64,000 nt of DNA from Octopus bimaculoides (Eukaryota): positions 18,149,758-18,213,757 of the forward strand of contig NC_068981.1 in the NCBI RefSeq assembly GCF_001194135.2, read 5' to 3'. The translations under genes were made by a program, and so were the position numbers. Every line of letters begins with the position of its first letter. Position 1 is the stretch's first letter. The notes beneath the pieces were generated by a model. It searched no databases. It had not been told where the DNA came from and saw only the letters and a list, made by a program, of their open reading frames with translations. This document shows, piece by piece, positions 13,201-26,289 of the stretch.

Positions 13201-13978
13201 CCTCCTCCTCATCATCATCATTTAACGTCCGCTTTCCATGCCAGCATGGGTTGGACGATTTGACTGAGGACTGGTGAACCAGATGGTTGCACTAGGCTCC
13301 AAACTGATTTGGCAGAGTTTCTACAGCTGGATGCCCTTCCTAATGCCAACTACTCCGATAGTCCAGTGGGTTCTTTTACGTGCCACCGGCACAAGGGCCA
13401 GTCAGGTACTGGCAATGGCTACACTCAAAATGGTGTTTTTTTATATGCCACCTGCACAGGAGCCAGTCCAGCGGCACTGGCAATGACCTCGCTCGAATGT
13501 TTTTCTCGTGCCACTGTGAATATACTTATACATGTACATATAACTATACATATGAATATACACACATGAACACAGCTTGATGCAGTCACAAAGTCCCAGG
13601 TTCAGTTCCACTGCTTGGCACCTCGAGCAAGTGTCTTTTACCAGGGCCTTGGGTTGACCCAAAACTTTCGGCTGAAATTTGGTCAATGAAATTCAGAAGT
13701 CCTGCCATGTCATGTGTTGTATTTTGCTGATTCACTATCCTGAGAATTATGTTAAGGTTACACCTGTCTGTGGAATACACAGCCATTTACAAACTAATTC
13801 AATGGATAAGCTATTTAGTTGATAAAAGAACTGAATAATTCAGCATTGAAATTGACAGCAAATCCAATAATTTTATGCACACACCCACCCACCCACTCTC
13901 TCTCTCTTTCACACACACGCATGGACACACACGCATGGACACACACGCATGCACACACACGCATGCACACACACGCAT

Positions 13979-14015
<37 letters not shown>

Positions 14016-14653
14016 TGCACACACAAACACACACAACTTTCCCCATACACACTCATACACAAATACACTCATATGCAAATACACTCACACATACACTAGC
14101 ATTCACACATACTCACACACACACACTCACTCCAATACACACATACTTACACCCACACACACATNNNNNNNNNNNNNNNNNNNNNNNNNNNNNNNNNNNN
14201 NNNNNNNNNNNNNNNNNNNNNNNNNNNNNNNNNNNNNNNNNNNNNNNNNNNNNNNNNNNNNNNNNNNNNNGCATACATGCACATACACACACACACATAC
14301 TCACACACATTCACATACATACACACACTTACACATCTACACACATGCATACATGCACATATACACACACACATACTCACACACATTCACATACACATAC
14401 ATATACACACTTACACACACAAACACCCACACATAAATATACACATATACCATGTACGTATGTGTACGTCAATATTTGTTCCAACATATTTAAACAACTC
14501 TTATGTTTTCAACACATCATGTAGAGAATAGTATTTCATTTGTCTGTTCGTAATTATATTTACGCAACCAAGAATCATAATTGAAAGAATGTTTTAGACT
14601 ATGAATTTAATAAGTGATGAAATGTTTATTAATAATTAATATATTTATTCCAG

Positions 14654-14846
14654 TTCCATTGGACTCACTTTGTGCTGTGAGGTTGGTGAATGCAACAAAG
14701 ACAAAAGCATCACCAAAAACATCTCCGATTTCTTCCCCAAAGACATCACCAAAGATGAGAAGACAGAAAACAGAGCCAGACTTCCATGGTCAGCCACAGA
14801 TTGTGAAATCAAATTCTGGTCTCAAATGGAATGAAAAATTTGAACT
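14654..14846 (+). CDS. Internal exon A of a Munc13-4(UNC13D)/BAIAP3-like C2-domain gene
   Basis: Acceptor atatttattccag. Phase 1 start, encodes PLDSLCAVRLVNATKTKASPKTSPISSPKTSPKMRRQKTEPDFHGQPQIVKSNSGLKWNEKFE. Donor CT|gcaagt (GC). WNEKF matches the C2 'WxExF' motif, and the Ser/Pro-rich insert after the DxxC position resembles the Munc13-4/BAIAP3 C2A insert (family recognised from memory). Confidence 0.8.
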
Positions 14847-15009
14847 GCAAGTAGACTTCCCTGTTTTTTAATTTTTTTATCCATTTAAAAAATATTTTTA
14901 AACTCTTTTCCTGTCCAAAGCATTTTCATAAATGTCTAGACTACTTTTGGTTATTGGAAGTTTGGTTTAGTTGGTGGGTAGTGTATGTTGGCACTATATT
15001 TGTTGATAG

Positions 15010-15046
<37 letters not shown>

Positions 15047-15048
<2 letters not shown>

Positions 15049-15722
15049 AGAGGTAGACCCAGTAAGACCTGGGATGAGGTGGTGAAGCACGACCTTCAAA
15101 CATTAGGCCTCACCGAGGCAATGACTAGTGACAGAGGCCTTTGGAAATATGCTGTACTTGAGAAGACCTGGCAAGCCAAGTGAGACCATAATCTGTGGCC
15201 TATGCCAGTGGTGTAACCAGCCCACTGAGGCGTACCTTTCTTTCATTGGACACTAAACTCTGCTTGTGAAGACCTGTTGAGGCAAGTGAAATCGAAATCA
15301 AATTTGATGACAGCATTGCATGACTGGCATCTGTGTTAGTGGAGTGCTAAGAGCACCATCCGAGCGTGATCGTTATCAGCGTCGCCTTACTGGCACTTGT
15401 GCCAGTGGTACGTGGAAAACAACATTCAAGCGAGGTCGTTGCCAGTGCCGCTGGACTGGCTCCTGTGCAGGTGACACGTAAAAACACCATTTGAGCATGA
15501 CCGTTGCCAGTACCACCTGACTGGCCCTCATGCCGGTAGCATGTAAAAGCACCCACTACACTCTCAGAATGGTTGGCATTAGGAAGGGCATCCAGCTGTA
15601 GAAACTCTGCCAGATCAGATTGGAGTCTGGTGCAGCCATCTGGCTCGCCAGTCCCGTCAAACTGTCCAACCCATGCCAGCATAGAAAGCGGACGTTAAAC
15701 AATGATGATGATGATGATGATA
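15047..15722 (+). mobile_element. 5'-truncated RTE LINE: ORF C-terminus plus full 3' UTR and (GAT)n tail
   Basis: RGRPSKTWDEVVKHDLQTLGLTEAMTSDRGLWKYAVLEKTWQAK* runs directly into the family C sequence and ends in gatgatgat. Confidence 0.85.
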
Positions 15723-15964
15723 TATATGCTTGGTTTGAGATCTTAGATTATCAGCCAAGTCTCCTGTGCATCGCATATGATGCACTATATACATACATAC
15801 ACACATACAAACATATATATATATATAAATATNNNNNNNNNNNNNNNNNNNNNNNNNNNNNNNNNNNNNNNNNNNNNNNNNNNNNNNNNNNNNNNNNNNN
15901 NNNNNNNNNNNNNNNNNNNNNNNNNNNNNNNNTGGAAAGCGGACGTTAAACGCTGATGATGATG

Positions 15965-15996
<32 letters not shown>

Positions 15997-16179
15997 ATAT
16001 ATTATATATATTTACATAATATATATATATTATATATATATTTATATATATTATATATATTCATATATATATATATATATATATAATGAATAGACCCATA
16101 TGTCCAGGCTCAACAAGAAGAGTATTCCATCTAACAAGAGTAAATATTGTTTTTTAAGACCACTTCACATGCATGGCCC

Positions 16180-16230
16180 ATGCTACTGAAAGTTTCATGC
16201 GCGTGGAACCCATGTACATTCTTCAGGCAC
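16180..16230 (-). ncRNA. Type-I hammerhead ribozyme motif, core intact
   Basis: Minus strand: GTGC-CTGAAGA-ATGTACATGG gtt CCACGCGCAT-GAAA-CT ttc AG-TA|GCAT. Stem I 4 bp with one G.U, stem II 10 positions with 2 mismatches, stem III 3 bp, GUA cleavage triplet. Confidence 0.75.
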
Positions 16231-16954
16231 CTGAAGAACGTACATGGATTCTATGTGCATGAAACTTTTAGTACCATGTGATGATTGTAAACCAGCATCA
16301 CCGTTATTATTACCATGGTTTGAAACAGATAAGGGTTGGTGACAGTAAAGGCATCTGGCCATAGAAAAATCTGCTTCTACCAATTTAGACTGATGCATAC
16401 AAGAATGGAAAAGTGAACTTTAAATGATAATGATGAAATGACAATGAGAAGATACAAGACCAATTATTTGTGTATGTGGCTCACTTCTTGAAAAAGACTG
16501 CCCTATGCTTCTCACAGAGATTCCTTTATGTTGCAGGGTTGTAATGTTAAGTAGAAACCTCGAGTAAAGGTGAGCAGGCTTGTGTGTGTGTAAGTAGTGG
16601 TGGTGGTGGTGGTGGTAGTGGTGGGCAGGGTGCTGCTGGCTCCTTTGGAATAGAGATGTTGATGTTGAGGAGACAGAGAGAGAAGACAATATCTGTAGAC
16701 TATCCATCTATTTAGTGAGCTACTTAACTATGTGTATGTGTATGTATGTGTGTGCATGCGCACACACATGTGTGTGTGTGTTTGTGTGTATATGTATATG
16801 TATATCTACATACATACATATATATATATGCATATGCATATATACACACATATACATATATATATGCATGCACACACACATACACACATACATGCACACA
16901 CATATATGCACATATATATATGCATATATATATATATAGACACACACATAAATA

Positions 16955-17002
<48 letters not shown>

Positions 17003-17173
17003 GAAAGAGAGAGAGAGAGAGAGACATATATAAATGTATATAAATACATATATTTTGTTGTATCTCAGGAGGGTCATTATGCAAACCAAATACAAAAACC
17101 ATATATATGTTTATGTACATACATACATGCATATAAATATACATATACACATATATATATATACATACTAATT

Positions 17174-17218
<45 letters not shown>

Positions 17219-17306
17219 NNNNNNNNNNNNNNNNNNNNNNNNNNNNNNNNNNNNNNNNNNNNNNNNNNNNNNNNNNNNNNNNNNNNNNNNNNNNNNNNNN
17301 NNNNNN

Positions 17307-17355
<49 letters not shown>

Positions 17356-17699
17356 TATATATAATATATATGTATATATAATATATATGTATATATAAAT
17401 ATATTTATATATAAACATACACACCTATACATATATGTATGTATTTCATAGCTAAATGTCTGACATGAGTTATTGCCAAAATAGTTCATAGTTCCACACT
17501 ATTAACCCCATCTTTCATGTTAATTATATATATAACTGTAGTTGTTCCAATATCCCTGTTACTTTTGTCAATGATTTAAGAGTATTTATATATATATAAG
17601 TATACACCTCCCCTCCACTCCCAGATACATTTACCACAAAAGTATATATGTTTAAGTCGTTTTATATACTTCTTCAAAACAACAGGGGATCATTTATAT

Positions 17700-17830
17700 G
17701 ACCAATCAACCTGTCAGAAATAGCAGCCAAATACGTTTCAAATAATATCTTACCGTTTTAAAAATAGTAGGACACACTGCGTAATATATTTTTGGAGATT
17801 CAGGGGGAATTGCCATGACTGGAAAGCTGC
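17700..17830. repeat. Unclassified dispersed repeat (family E)
   Basis: The motif agaaatagcagccaaat...caaa recurs at ~5530-5610, 9880-9945, 10960-11125, 32365-32530, 33770-33990, 45390-45620 and 62200-62270 in either orientation. Confidence 0.55.
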
Positions 17831-17943
17831 TGATATTGTCCTGATCATTCTGAGAACAGACTTGGGGATAAACAATGATAGCTATAAAATGCACTTTGGT
17901 TCTATATATTTTGAAAATATTTATTAAAGTCAAAATACTAAAC

Positions 17944-18471
17944 CAGTGGTTCTCAACTGGAGTTCCTAAGAACCTTGGGCGTCCCTATGAACCTTGGGTG
18001 TCCATATGAACCTTAAAGGGTCCATATAAGATTTTTCATTCAAATTTATGTGCAGTAAACTGGTTATGCTTCTACAATATACAAAACATTTTAAGAACTA
18101 TTTTATACAATTTCTAATAATATTTAATTATACAGGAGTGGCTGTGTGGTAAGTAGCTTGCTTATCAAACACATGGTTCCAGGTTCAGTCCCACTTTGTG
18201 GTACCTTGGGCAAGTGTCTTTTACTTTAGCTTCGGGCTGACCAACACCTTATGAGTGGATTTGGTAGATGGAAACTGAAAGAAGCCCATCGTGTCTCGTT
18301 TCTCTGTTAGTTTTTTTTTGTTGTTTGAAAAATGTTCGTTTTCTATGTTTTTGTTTCTCATTGAGTTTAATATTTTTTTGATGTTCTATACCAATATATG
18401 CATGTATGTATACATATAGATGTAGGTATGTACATATATGTATGGATATATGCATATATTTATATATTATT

Positions 18472-18567
<96 letters not shown>

Positions 18568-18871
18568 GTGTTTGTGTTTGTTCCCTCAGCATTGCTTGAC
18601 CACTGATGCTGGTGTGTTTACATCTCTGTAACTTAGCAGTTCGGCAAAAGAGACCGATAGAATAGGTACTAGGTTTACAAAGAATAAGTCCTGGGATCGA
18701 TTTGCTCGACTAAAGGTGGTGCTCCAGCATGGCTGCAGTCAAATGACTGAAACAAATAAAAGAATAAAAGAACTACAATAAGATTTTTTTTTAAACATCG
18801 AATAGCTATGGGGTGGGGTCCACCCAAGTATGATAGGGATCCATAGGTAAAAAAATGGTTGAGAACCAGTA
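17944..18871. mobile_element. hAT-type non-autonomous element interrupted by a family A SINE
   Basis: TIR CAGTGGTTCTCAAC / GTTGAGAACCAGTA (12/14). Flanks TACTAAAC / TACTGGAC (6/8, degenerate 8-bp TSD). About 20-bp subterminal repeats aaccttgggYgtcc. Confidence 0.7.
18134..18772 (+). mobile_element. tRNA-derived SINE family A with built-in microsatellite
   Basis: Head TGGCTGTGTGG / GGTTCAGTCCC (A/B boxes), core ...gatttggtagatggaaactgaaagaagccc, then (TA)n(TATG)n(TG)n, then a 3' part ending (AAAGAAT)n. Full copies also at 42322-42698 and 55700-56118. Many half copies on both strands. Confidence 0.85.
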
Positions 18872-19699
18872 TACTGGACCATTACCATGTGTTTTACTGG
18901 GCTTGGAATTACTGTGTAAATCCTGGTTGGAGAAGGGGCACAATGTGACAGTACAATTTGTTACTAAAAAGGGATTTAAGGCGTTACTGATATGAAGGGC
19001 ATCTGGTCAAGAAAGCAATCTTCAGAAGGTCTGTCTATGCTATACCAGCTTGGTAAAGCAGATGTATAAACACTAAGATAATGGTTGCAAATGGTATCTT
19101 TATTTTCTGTCTTTTACTCGTTTTAGCTGTTGGACTGTGGCCATGCTGGGGCAGCACCACCTTGAAGCGTTTAGTTTGACAAATCAACGCTAGTCCTTAT
19201 TTTAAGAATATAAAACCGCTAAGTTATGAGGACGTAAATAAACCACCACTGGTTGTTAAAACAGTAAGGGGACATACACAAACACAAAGACACACATGCA
19301 CACACACATGCACACACACTTACACACACATACACACTTACACACACACACACACATATGCACATATATGTATGTGTACCATGCTGAAATAGACAGCATA
19401 GGTTGGTGCAGTCCTCTAGCTAGCCAGCTTCTGTCAAACTGTCCAACCCATACTAGCAAGGATTATGAATGTTGAATGATGATGACAACAATGATGATGA
19501 TTGCTTTAGGCTTCTACAGTTTCTGTCTACCAAATTCACTTGCAAGCCATTGGTTGAATCGAGGCTGTAGTAGAAAATAGTTGCCCAAGGTATCATACTC
19601 TGGGTTTGAACCCGAAACCATGTGGCTGCAAAGTGAGCTTCTTAAATACATGGCCATGCCTGTGTCTAGAAATAATATCCTCTTTGCCATCCCCCTCGT

Positions 19700-19712
19700 C
19701 ATCCTTGTCCTC

Positions 19713-19759
<47 letters not shown>

Positions 19760-20350
19760 CTTTTTCTTGTTCTTGTTCTTGTTCCTCTTCTCCTCTTCTT
19801 TTTCTCTTTCTTCTTCTTCTCTTCTTCCTCTTTTCTTCTTCCTCTTTCCTCCTCTTCCCTTCCTCTTCCTCTCCTGCTCTCCCTCCTCCTCCTCCCCATC
19901 TTCCCCTCTTATCTCCATCCTTTTCATATCCCTCCTCCTCTTCTTCACCTCCTCTTCTTCACCTCCTCTTCTTCACCTCTTCTTCACCTCCTCTTCTTCA
20001 CCTCCTCTTCTTCACCTCCTCTTCTTCACCTCCTCTTCTTCACCTCCTCTTCTTCACCTCCTCTTCTTCACCGCCTCTTCTTCACCTCCTCTTCTTCACC
20101 TCTTCTTCTTCCCCTCTTCTTCTTCACCTCTTCTTCTTCCCCTCTTCTTCTTCACCTCTTCTTCTTCACCTCTTCTTCTTCACCTCCTCTTCTTCACCTC
20201 TTCTTCACCTCCTCTTCTTCACTTTCTCCTCTTCTCTGCCTCCTCCACTTCTCTCCTTATCTTGCTCTTCTTTCCCCTCCTCCTCCACTTCTCTCCTCCT
20301 CTTCCTCTTCTTTTCTCCTCTTCGCCTCCTCCTTCCCACCACCACCACCA
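19700..20350. repeat. Compound (TTG)n / polypyrimidine microsatellite with ~14-bp CTCCTCTTCTTCAC minisatellite
   Basis: Direct reading. The 14-mer repeats in tandem across ~19940-20210. Confidence 0.9.
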
Positions 20351-20529
20351 TTGTTTTAACGCCCACTTTTCCTTGCTCACTTCTGTTGGATGGACTTTTT
20401 TTGAGGCAGATTTTTCCCCACAGCCACATGTTGTCCTTCCTGGCCACACCAATCCTCACCTGTTTCCAAGCAAGCTAATTAATATTCCCCCCCACCCCAT
20501 CCACCATGGCCAGACATCATTTTCTGCTT

Positions 20530-20565
<36 letters not shown>

Positions 20566-20652
20566 AACACTAGAAACTGAACGACACTGCTTGTATGTGA
20601 ATGGCTCTCATTTACTACTATCATGCGATGTTAAGACAGAGTAACACATTCT

Positions 20653-20690
<38 letters not shown>

Positions 20691-20796
20691 CGAATATACA
20701 CACACGCACATTTATATTTTGGAGATCTTGTCTGACAAGTGATTTGATCCGAGACTGTGTTGAAACTAAAACAATTACAACATTGAAGAGACATCT

Positions 20797-20922
20797 TAGC
20801 CTTTCAAAACACACAAAAACTGTTAACTTCAATTAAATATTTTTTATTTAGTGTCAAATTTTTGACACTAAATAATAAATGCTTAAGTGAATTTAACAGT
20901 TTGTGTGTGTTTTGAACGGCTA
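20797..20922. repeat. Fold-back hairpin, 62-bp arms
   Basis: Arms 20797-20858 and 20861-20922 match with 7 mismatches around a 2-nt spacer. Confidence 0.85.
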
Positions 20923-21586
20923 TGTGACTTCCAAGCTGAAATTGTGTTACATCTGTCGGTCTGTCTGTTTATTTATCTATCTGTCTGTCTGTCTGCCTGC
21001 CTGTCTGTCTGTCTGTCTGTCTGTCTGTCTGCCTGTCTGTCTGCCTGTCTCTGTCTGGTCAGCTATCTATCTGCCTGTCTGTCTGTCTGTCTGCCTGCCT
21101 GCCTACCTACCTACCTACCTATATATCTATCTATCGAAATATCATCATCATCATCACCACCACCACCACCACCACCACCACCATCATCATCATCATGAAT
21201 TAATGTTTATTTTCCATGCTGGCATAAGTTGGATGGTTTGAAATGAGTTGGCAAAGCCAGAAGACTGCACCAAAATCCTGGTGTCTGTTGATGGATGACC
21301 TTCCTAATGTCAGGACTTTACACAGTGTGCTGAGTACTTTCCATATGGCACCAGCACCAGTGGGGTCACCAGCCGAGAGGGTTAGGAGTGGTATGGAGGG
21401 AGGTGGATTTGTTCCAGGTGATGGCGAGGACAGAAATAGGTGTTTTGCTGTTGGGGTATCCCAGTTGGAGAGGGAGGGAGAGAGAGAGAGAAAGAGAAAA
21501 AGAGAAAGAGAGAGAGAGAGAAAGAAAGAGAGAAAAAGATAGATAGGTAGCTAGTTAGATAGATAGAGAGAGATAGAGAGAGAGAA

Positions 21587-21618
<32 letters not shown>

Positions 21619-21698
21619 AGAGAGAAAAAGAGATAGAGAGAGAGAAAGGTAGATAGGTAGCTAGCTAGATAGATAGAGAGAAATAAAGAGAGATAGAT

Positions 21699-21731
<33 letters not shown>

Positions 21732-21817
21732 GAAAGAAAGAGAAAGAAAGAGAGAGAAAGAGAGGGATAGAGAGAGAGAAACATAAAGAGAGAGAAAGAG
21801 AGATAGATAAATTGATG

Positions 21818-21855
<38 letters not shown>

Positions 21856-21994
21856 GGGTGAAGATGTGCCAGGGCATAACCTCAATGTACAGGAGGGAGT
21901 TGAATATTAGTGGAATGGTACAGAGGACGGGAAAAGGTGAGAGAGCAGGGAGAGATGAAAGAGAATGCAGTGAGTGGTGAACGCATGCGTGTAA

Positions 21995-23324
21995 GGGAGT
22001 GGCAGTACAAACACCAAAGACCGTGGGTAGGGAAAGGAGAAACACCGGCACCCCAAGCTAAAGGTCTTCACCCATGTAAGATGTTGTTATCTGTTTGGTG
22101 GGATATGATATGGTTTAGTTCACTTTCAACTTTTAAATCCAAACCAAACGATAACAAAGGAGATCTACCATGAACAGTTTGAGTGGTTTAAGTCAGCGCT
22201 AGAAGAAAAACAACCATCTTTGTTTTTAAGATGAAAAGTGTTCTTCCATCAAGATAATGCTCGGCCACATACACCGAAGATGACATTCAAAAGGCTGGAA
22301 CAGTTTGAATGGGAAACAATGCCCCACCCACCCACCATATTCGCTGGCATTGCCCCATTTGATTATCATTTGTTCTGCAGTCTTCAAAATCATTTGGACG
22401 GAAAAAATATGAATTCTGTAGACAAGGTCAAAACAGTATTTGAGGAGTATTTTTTGTCACAGACTAGTGAATTTTAGAAGAGGCATCTTCAGTGGTGGCT
22501 CGTAGATAAAATTAGATGGGGTGCTGCTTCAGAAAGTTTTTAGCCATTGTTTTAATATTGTGTAAAAGGAAACAAACATGTAAAAAGAAAATTTATACAT
22601 AAACTTAATTGGTTTACGTTTTAGCCACTGCTGGTAGTGCGTTTAATTTGTTCACTAAACACCGCTGCGAATTCTCCCTCGTTTTTCAAAAATTTTCCCC
22701 TAAATCACAAAATAAGGTGGAGAAATGTACCCTATTTTTCAAATCCTGGCAGCAACACTAAAACTGGAAGCAGGATAATAACCTAATTCTACACTTTATC
22801 ATATTCAAGAATATAAACACGTTTTTTAGCACAACACACACAGAGTAAAAAAAAAACACTACCTTTCACCCGGCACTGTCGTTCACGCAGTGCTCTCTCT
22901 CCCTAGTATGAAGCTTCCTATCTTGCATATGTGGGCATGTGCAAAACAGCGAAACACCACGTCACTGGAACTGTGAAGCACACAGTTCTATACAAGAATT
23001 TTTGTATTTTTTTCATAAACTAGGGGATGGCTACTGACATTAAGCTTAAGGATTATATAATGTACAAATATAAAGAAAGAATTAAAGGTAAAAGGACTCA
23101 TTATATTGAATGTTATTGATAATATCAAGAGAAAATAGGGGACACTGTTCCACAGTTCCTATACACAAACTGCCACTGGGAGTTTTGCGAGCCTACCAGA
23201 TAGATGGAAGAGCATTGTAGAAAACGAAGGAGAGTATATTTTAGATTAAAAAAGAACTTTGTTTATCTTAATTTTGAAAAATAAAAGAAGTATAAAAAAG
23301 CACATTATTTATGGGATAACCCAA
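21995..23324 (+). mobile_element. Mariner transposon 3' half (pseudogene), split by an insertion
   Basis: WVGKGETPAPQAK, LLSVWWD, FHQDNARPHT, WETMPHPP. The C-terminus ASLPDRWKSIVENEGEYILD* resumes at ~23187. Right TIR ...atttatgggataacccaa followed by TA. Confidence 0.85.
22490..23178. mobile_element. Non-autonomous DNA element (hAT-like termini) nested in the mariner
   Basis: Starts CAGTGG and ends CCACTG. Flanks GGCATCTT / GGAGTTTT (5/8). Splits the mariner reading frame. Confidence 0.6.
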
Positions 23325-24807
23325 TATATTGCTGAGCTTGAAAGGATGAAAGGCAGAGTCAACGTTGGTGGAGTTTGAACAGTGTTGCATTCTTGAGCAA
23401 AACACTTCATTTCACGTTGCTCCAGTTCACTCAGCTGGCAAAAATGAGTAATCCTGTGACAGACTGGTATCCCGTCTGTGAAATTTTTTTTCCCACAAGA
23501 GTTCTGGACCCCAGTAATGAACTCATTTGCATACAGCTAATCAGAGCTCACCTTGACCTTGTTGTCAAGTTAACAAACACACTCTACCAAGTAAACGCAA
23601 GACAAAGAACGGTGTTGTAAATCATTTGACTGTGGCCATGCTGGAGCACAGCCTTTAGTCGAGCAAATCAACCCCGGGACTTATTCTTTATAAGCCTAGT
23701 ACTTATTCTATCGGTCTCTTTTGCCGAACCGCTAAGTGATGGGGACGTAAACACACCAGCATTGGTTGTCAAGCAATGCTAGGGGGACAAACACAGACAC
23801 ACAAACACACACACACACACANNNNNNNNNNNNNNNNNNNNNNNNNNNNNNNNNNNNNNNNNNNNNNNNNNNNNNNNNNNNNNNNNNNNNNNNNNNNNNN
23901 NNNNNNNNNNNNNNNNNNNNNNNNNNNNNNNNNNNNNNNNNNNNNNNNNNNNNNNNNNNNNNNNNNNNNNNNNNNNNNNNNNNNNNNNNNNNNNNNNNNN
24001 NNNNNNNNNNNNNNNNNNNNNNNNNNNNNNNNNNNNNNNNNNNNNNNNNNNNNNNNNNNNNNNNNNNNNNNNNNNNNNNNNNNNNNNNNNNNNNNNNNNN
24101 NNNNNNNNNNNNNNNNNNNNNNNNNNNNNNNNNNNNNNNNNNNNNNNNNNNNNNNNNNNNNNNNNNNNNNNNNNNNNNNNNNNNNNNNNNNNNNNNNNNN
24201 NNNNNNNNNNNNNNNNNNNNNNNNNNNNNNNNNNNNNNNNNNNNNNNNNNNNNNNNNNNNNNNNNNNNNNNNNNNNNNNNNNNNNNNNNNNNNNNNNNNN
24301 NNNNNNNNNNNNNNNNNNNNNNNNNNNNNNNNNNNNNNNNNNNNNNNNNNNNNNNNNNNNNNNNNNNNNNNNNNNNNNNNNNNNNNNNNNNNNNNNNNNN
24401 NNNNNNNNNNNNNNNNNNNNNNCCTGTCCAGGTGAAGGAATATATATGCCATGGAAACTGCGAAACCAGTTCTTATGAGCCGGTATGACACGAGAAGATA
24501 ACTTTGCTCTTTACCCCGCCCCACTCCTTCTCTCAGGCATTGTATATCTAGGACCACATTATTTGATGTATGCTCCCACTTTCTTTTATAATGGTAAGGT
24601 ATAATCTAAGGGTGTTTGAGCTGTTATTTCTTGGCAACCATATAGGGGTTTCCCTTATGATAATAATGATAGTGGTGGTGGTAATGATGATGATAGTGAT
24701 GATGATGATGATGATGATGATGATTATGATGGTGATGATGTTGATGATTGTAGGAAGAGAGTGGTGTTTATTATTGTGATGATGATAATGATGATGATGA
24801 TGTCGAT

Positions 24808-24840
<33 letters not shown>

Positions 24841-25521
24841 ACACACACACACGTACACACGCACACATATGCACATGTACACGCACAAACATGCACACAC
24901 TCATGCACACACACATGTACACACATACATGCACACACACACATGTACATGTACACACACATGTACGTACACACATGCACATACACATGTACACACACAC
25001 ATGCGCATGCACACATACACACGTATACACACATACATATGTGCGCACACACACACGTACACACACACACTCACACAACTGGCTTCCACACATTTTCCAT
25101 TTACCAAATTCACTCACAATGCATTGGTTTGCCCCGCTTTGTAGTAGAAAACATTTGCTCAAGGTGCTGCACAGTGGGACTGAACCTGAAACCGTGTGGT
25201 TACAGAGTGAGCTTCAATAGGTCTGTCTCATCAGAAGCTGGCCCGGGGCTATATAACAACAGCAAAAACAAAAGCTTTAAATGTTCTCCAGTCATAAAAT
25301 TGCCTTTGGTTACGTGCTCTATTGTTTAGTAGAGAGAGAGAGAGTGAGAGAGTTAGAGAAGGGGAGAGAGAGAGAGAGAAGGGATAGAGAGAAAAGAAAA
25401 GAGGGAAAGAGAAAAGAAGGGAGTTGAGTGGAAGAAGAGGAAGAAGATGAGAGAGGATGAGAGGGAAAATCTGTATGCGTGTGTGTGTGCATGTATGTGC
25501 ATGTATACATACATTCTCATA

Positions 25522-25552
<31 letters not shown>

Positions 25553-25914
25553 NNNNNNNNNNNNNNNNNNNNNNNNNNNNNNNNNNNNNNNNNNNNNNNN
25601 NNNNNNNNNNNNNNNNNNNNNNNNNNNNNNNNNNNNNNNNNNNNNNNNNNNNNNNNNNNNNNNNNNNNNNNNNNNNNNNNNNNNNNNNNNNNNNNNNNNN
25701 NNNNNNNNNNNNNNNNNNNNNNNNNNNNNNNNNNNNNNNNNNNNNNNNNNNNNNNNNNNNNNNNNNNNNNNNNNNNNNNNNNNNNNNNNNNNNNNNNNNN
25801 NNNNNNNNNNNNNNNNNNNNNNNNNNNNNNNNNNNNNNNNNNCATATCTTCCTTACTCTTTCTTTCTCTTTCCCTGTCTCTCATTCTTTCTGTCTCTTTC
25901 TTTTGGTGTCTTGT

Positions 25915-25974
<60 letters not shown>

Positions 25975-26289
25975 CATATAAGTATTCAGTCTGGAAGATG
26001 TATATGTATGTAAGTATGTGTATGTATGTATGTGTGTGTGTGTGTGTGTGGCAGGGGAGGTGTGTAGTGATCTCATGTACAGATCGGAGTTTTATCTCCT
26101 ACACAGATTGAAGTATATTGCATTGATAAAAATCACTGTTTTATCTCATTATATTGTCTATCACACTTTACTGATTGTGTTAGAGCTGTTGTTATTGTTG
26201 CTGTTGTTGCTGTTGTTGTTGTTGGTGGTGATGATGGCATTGGTACAAAAACAATGGCAAAAACAAAACATACATTGATATGCAAACAA

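Noticed and set aside
17706-17933. Minus-strand ORF with a good-looking GTAAGA donor
   Set aside because: Overlaps dispersed repeat family E and has no partner exons.
19581-20573. 330-aa and 290-aa ORFs rich in S/P/L/F
   Set aside because: Translation of a pyrimidine microsatellite that lacks stop codons by composition.
25205-25240. Minus-strand CTGATGA near a SINE junction
   Set aside because: No stem II or GAAAC follows.
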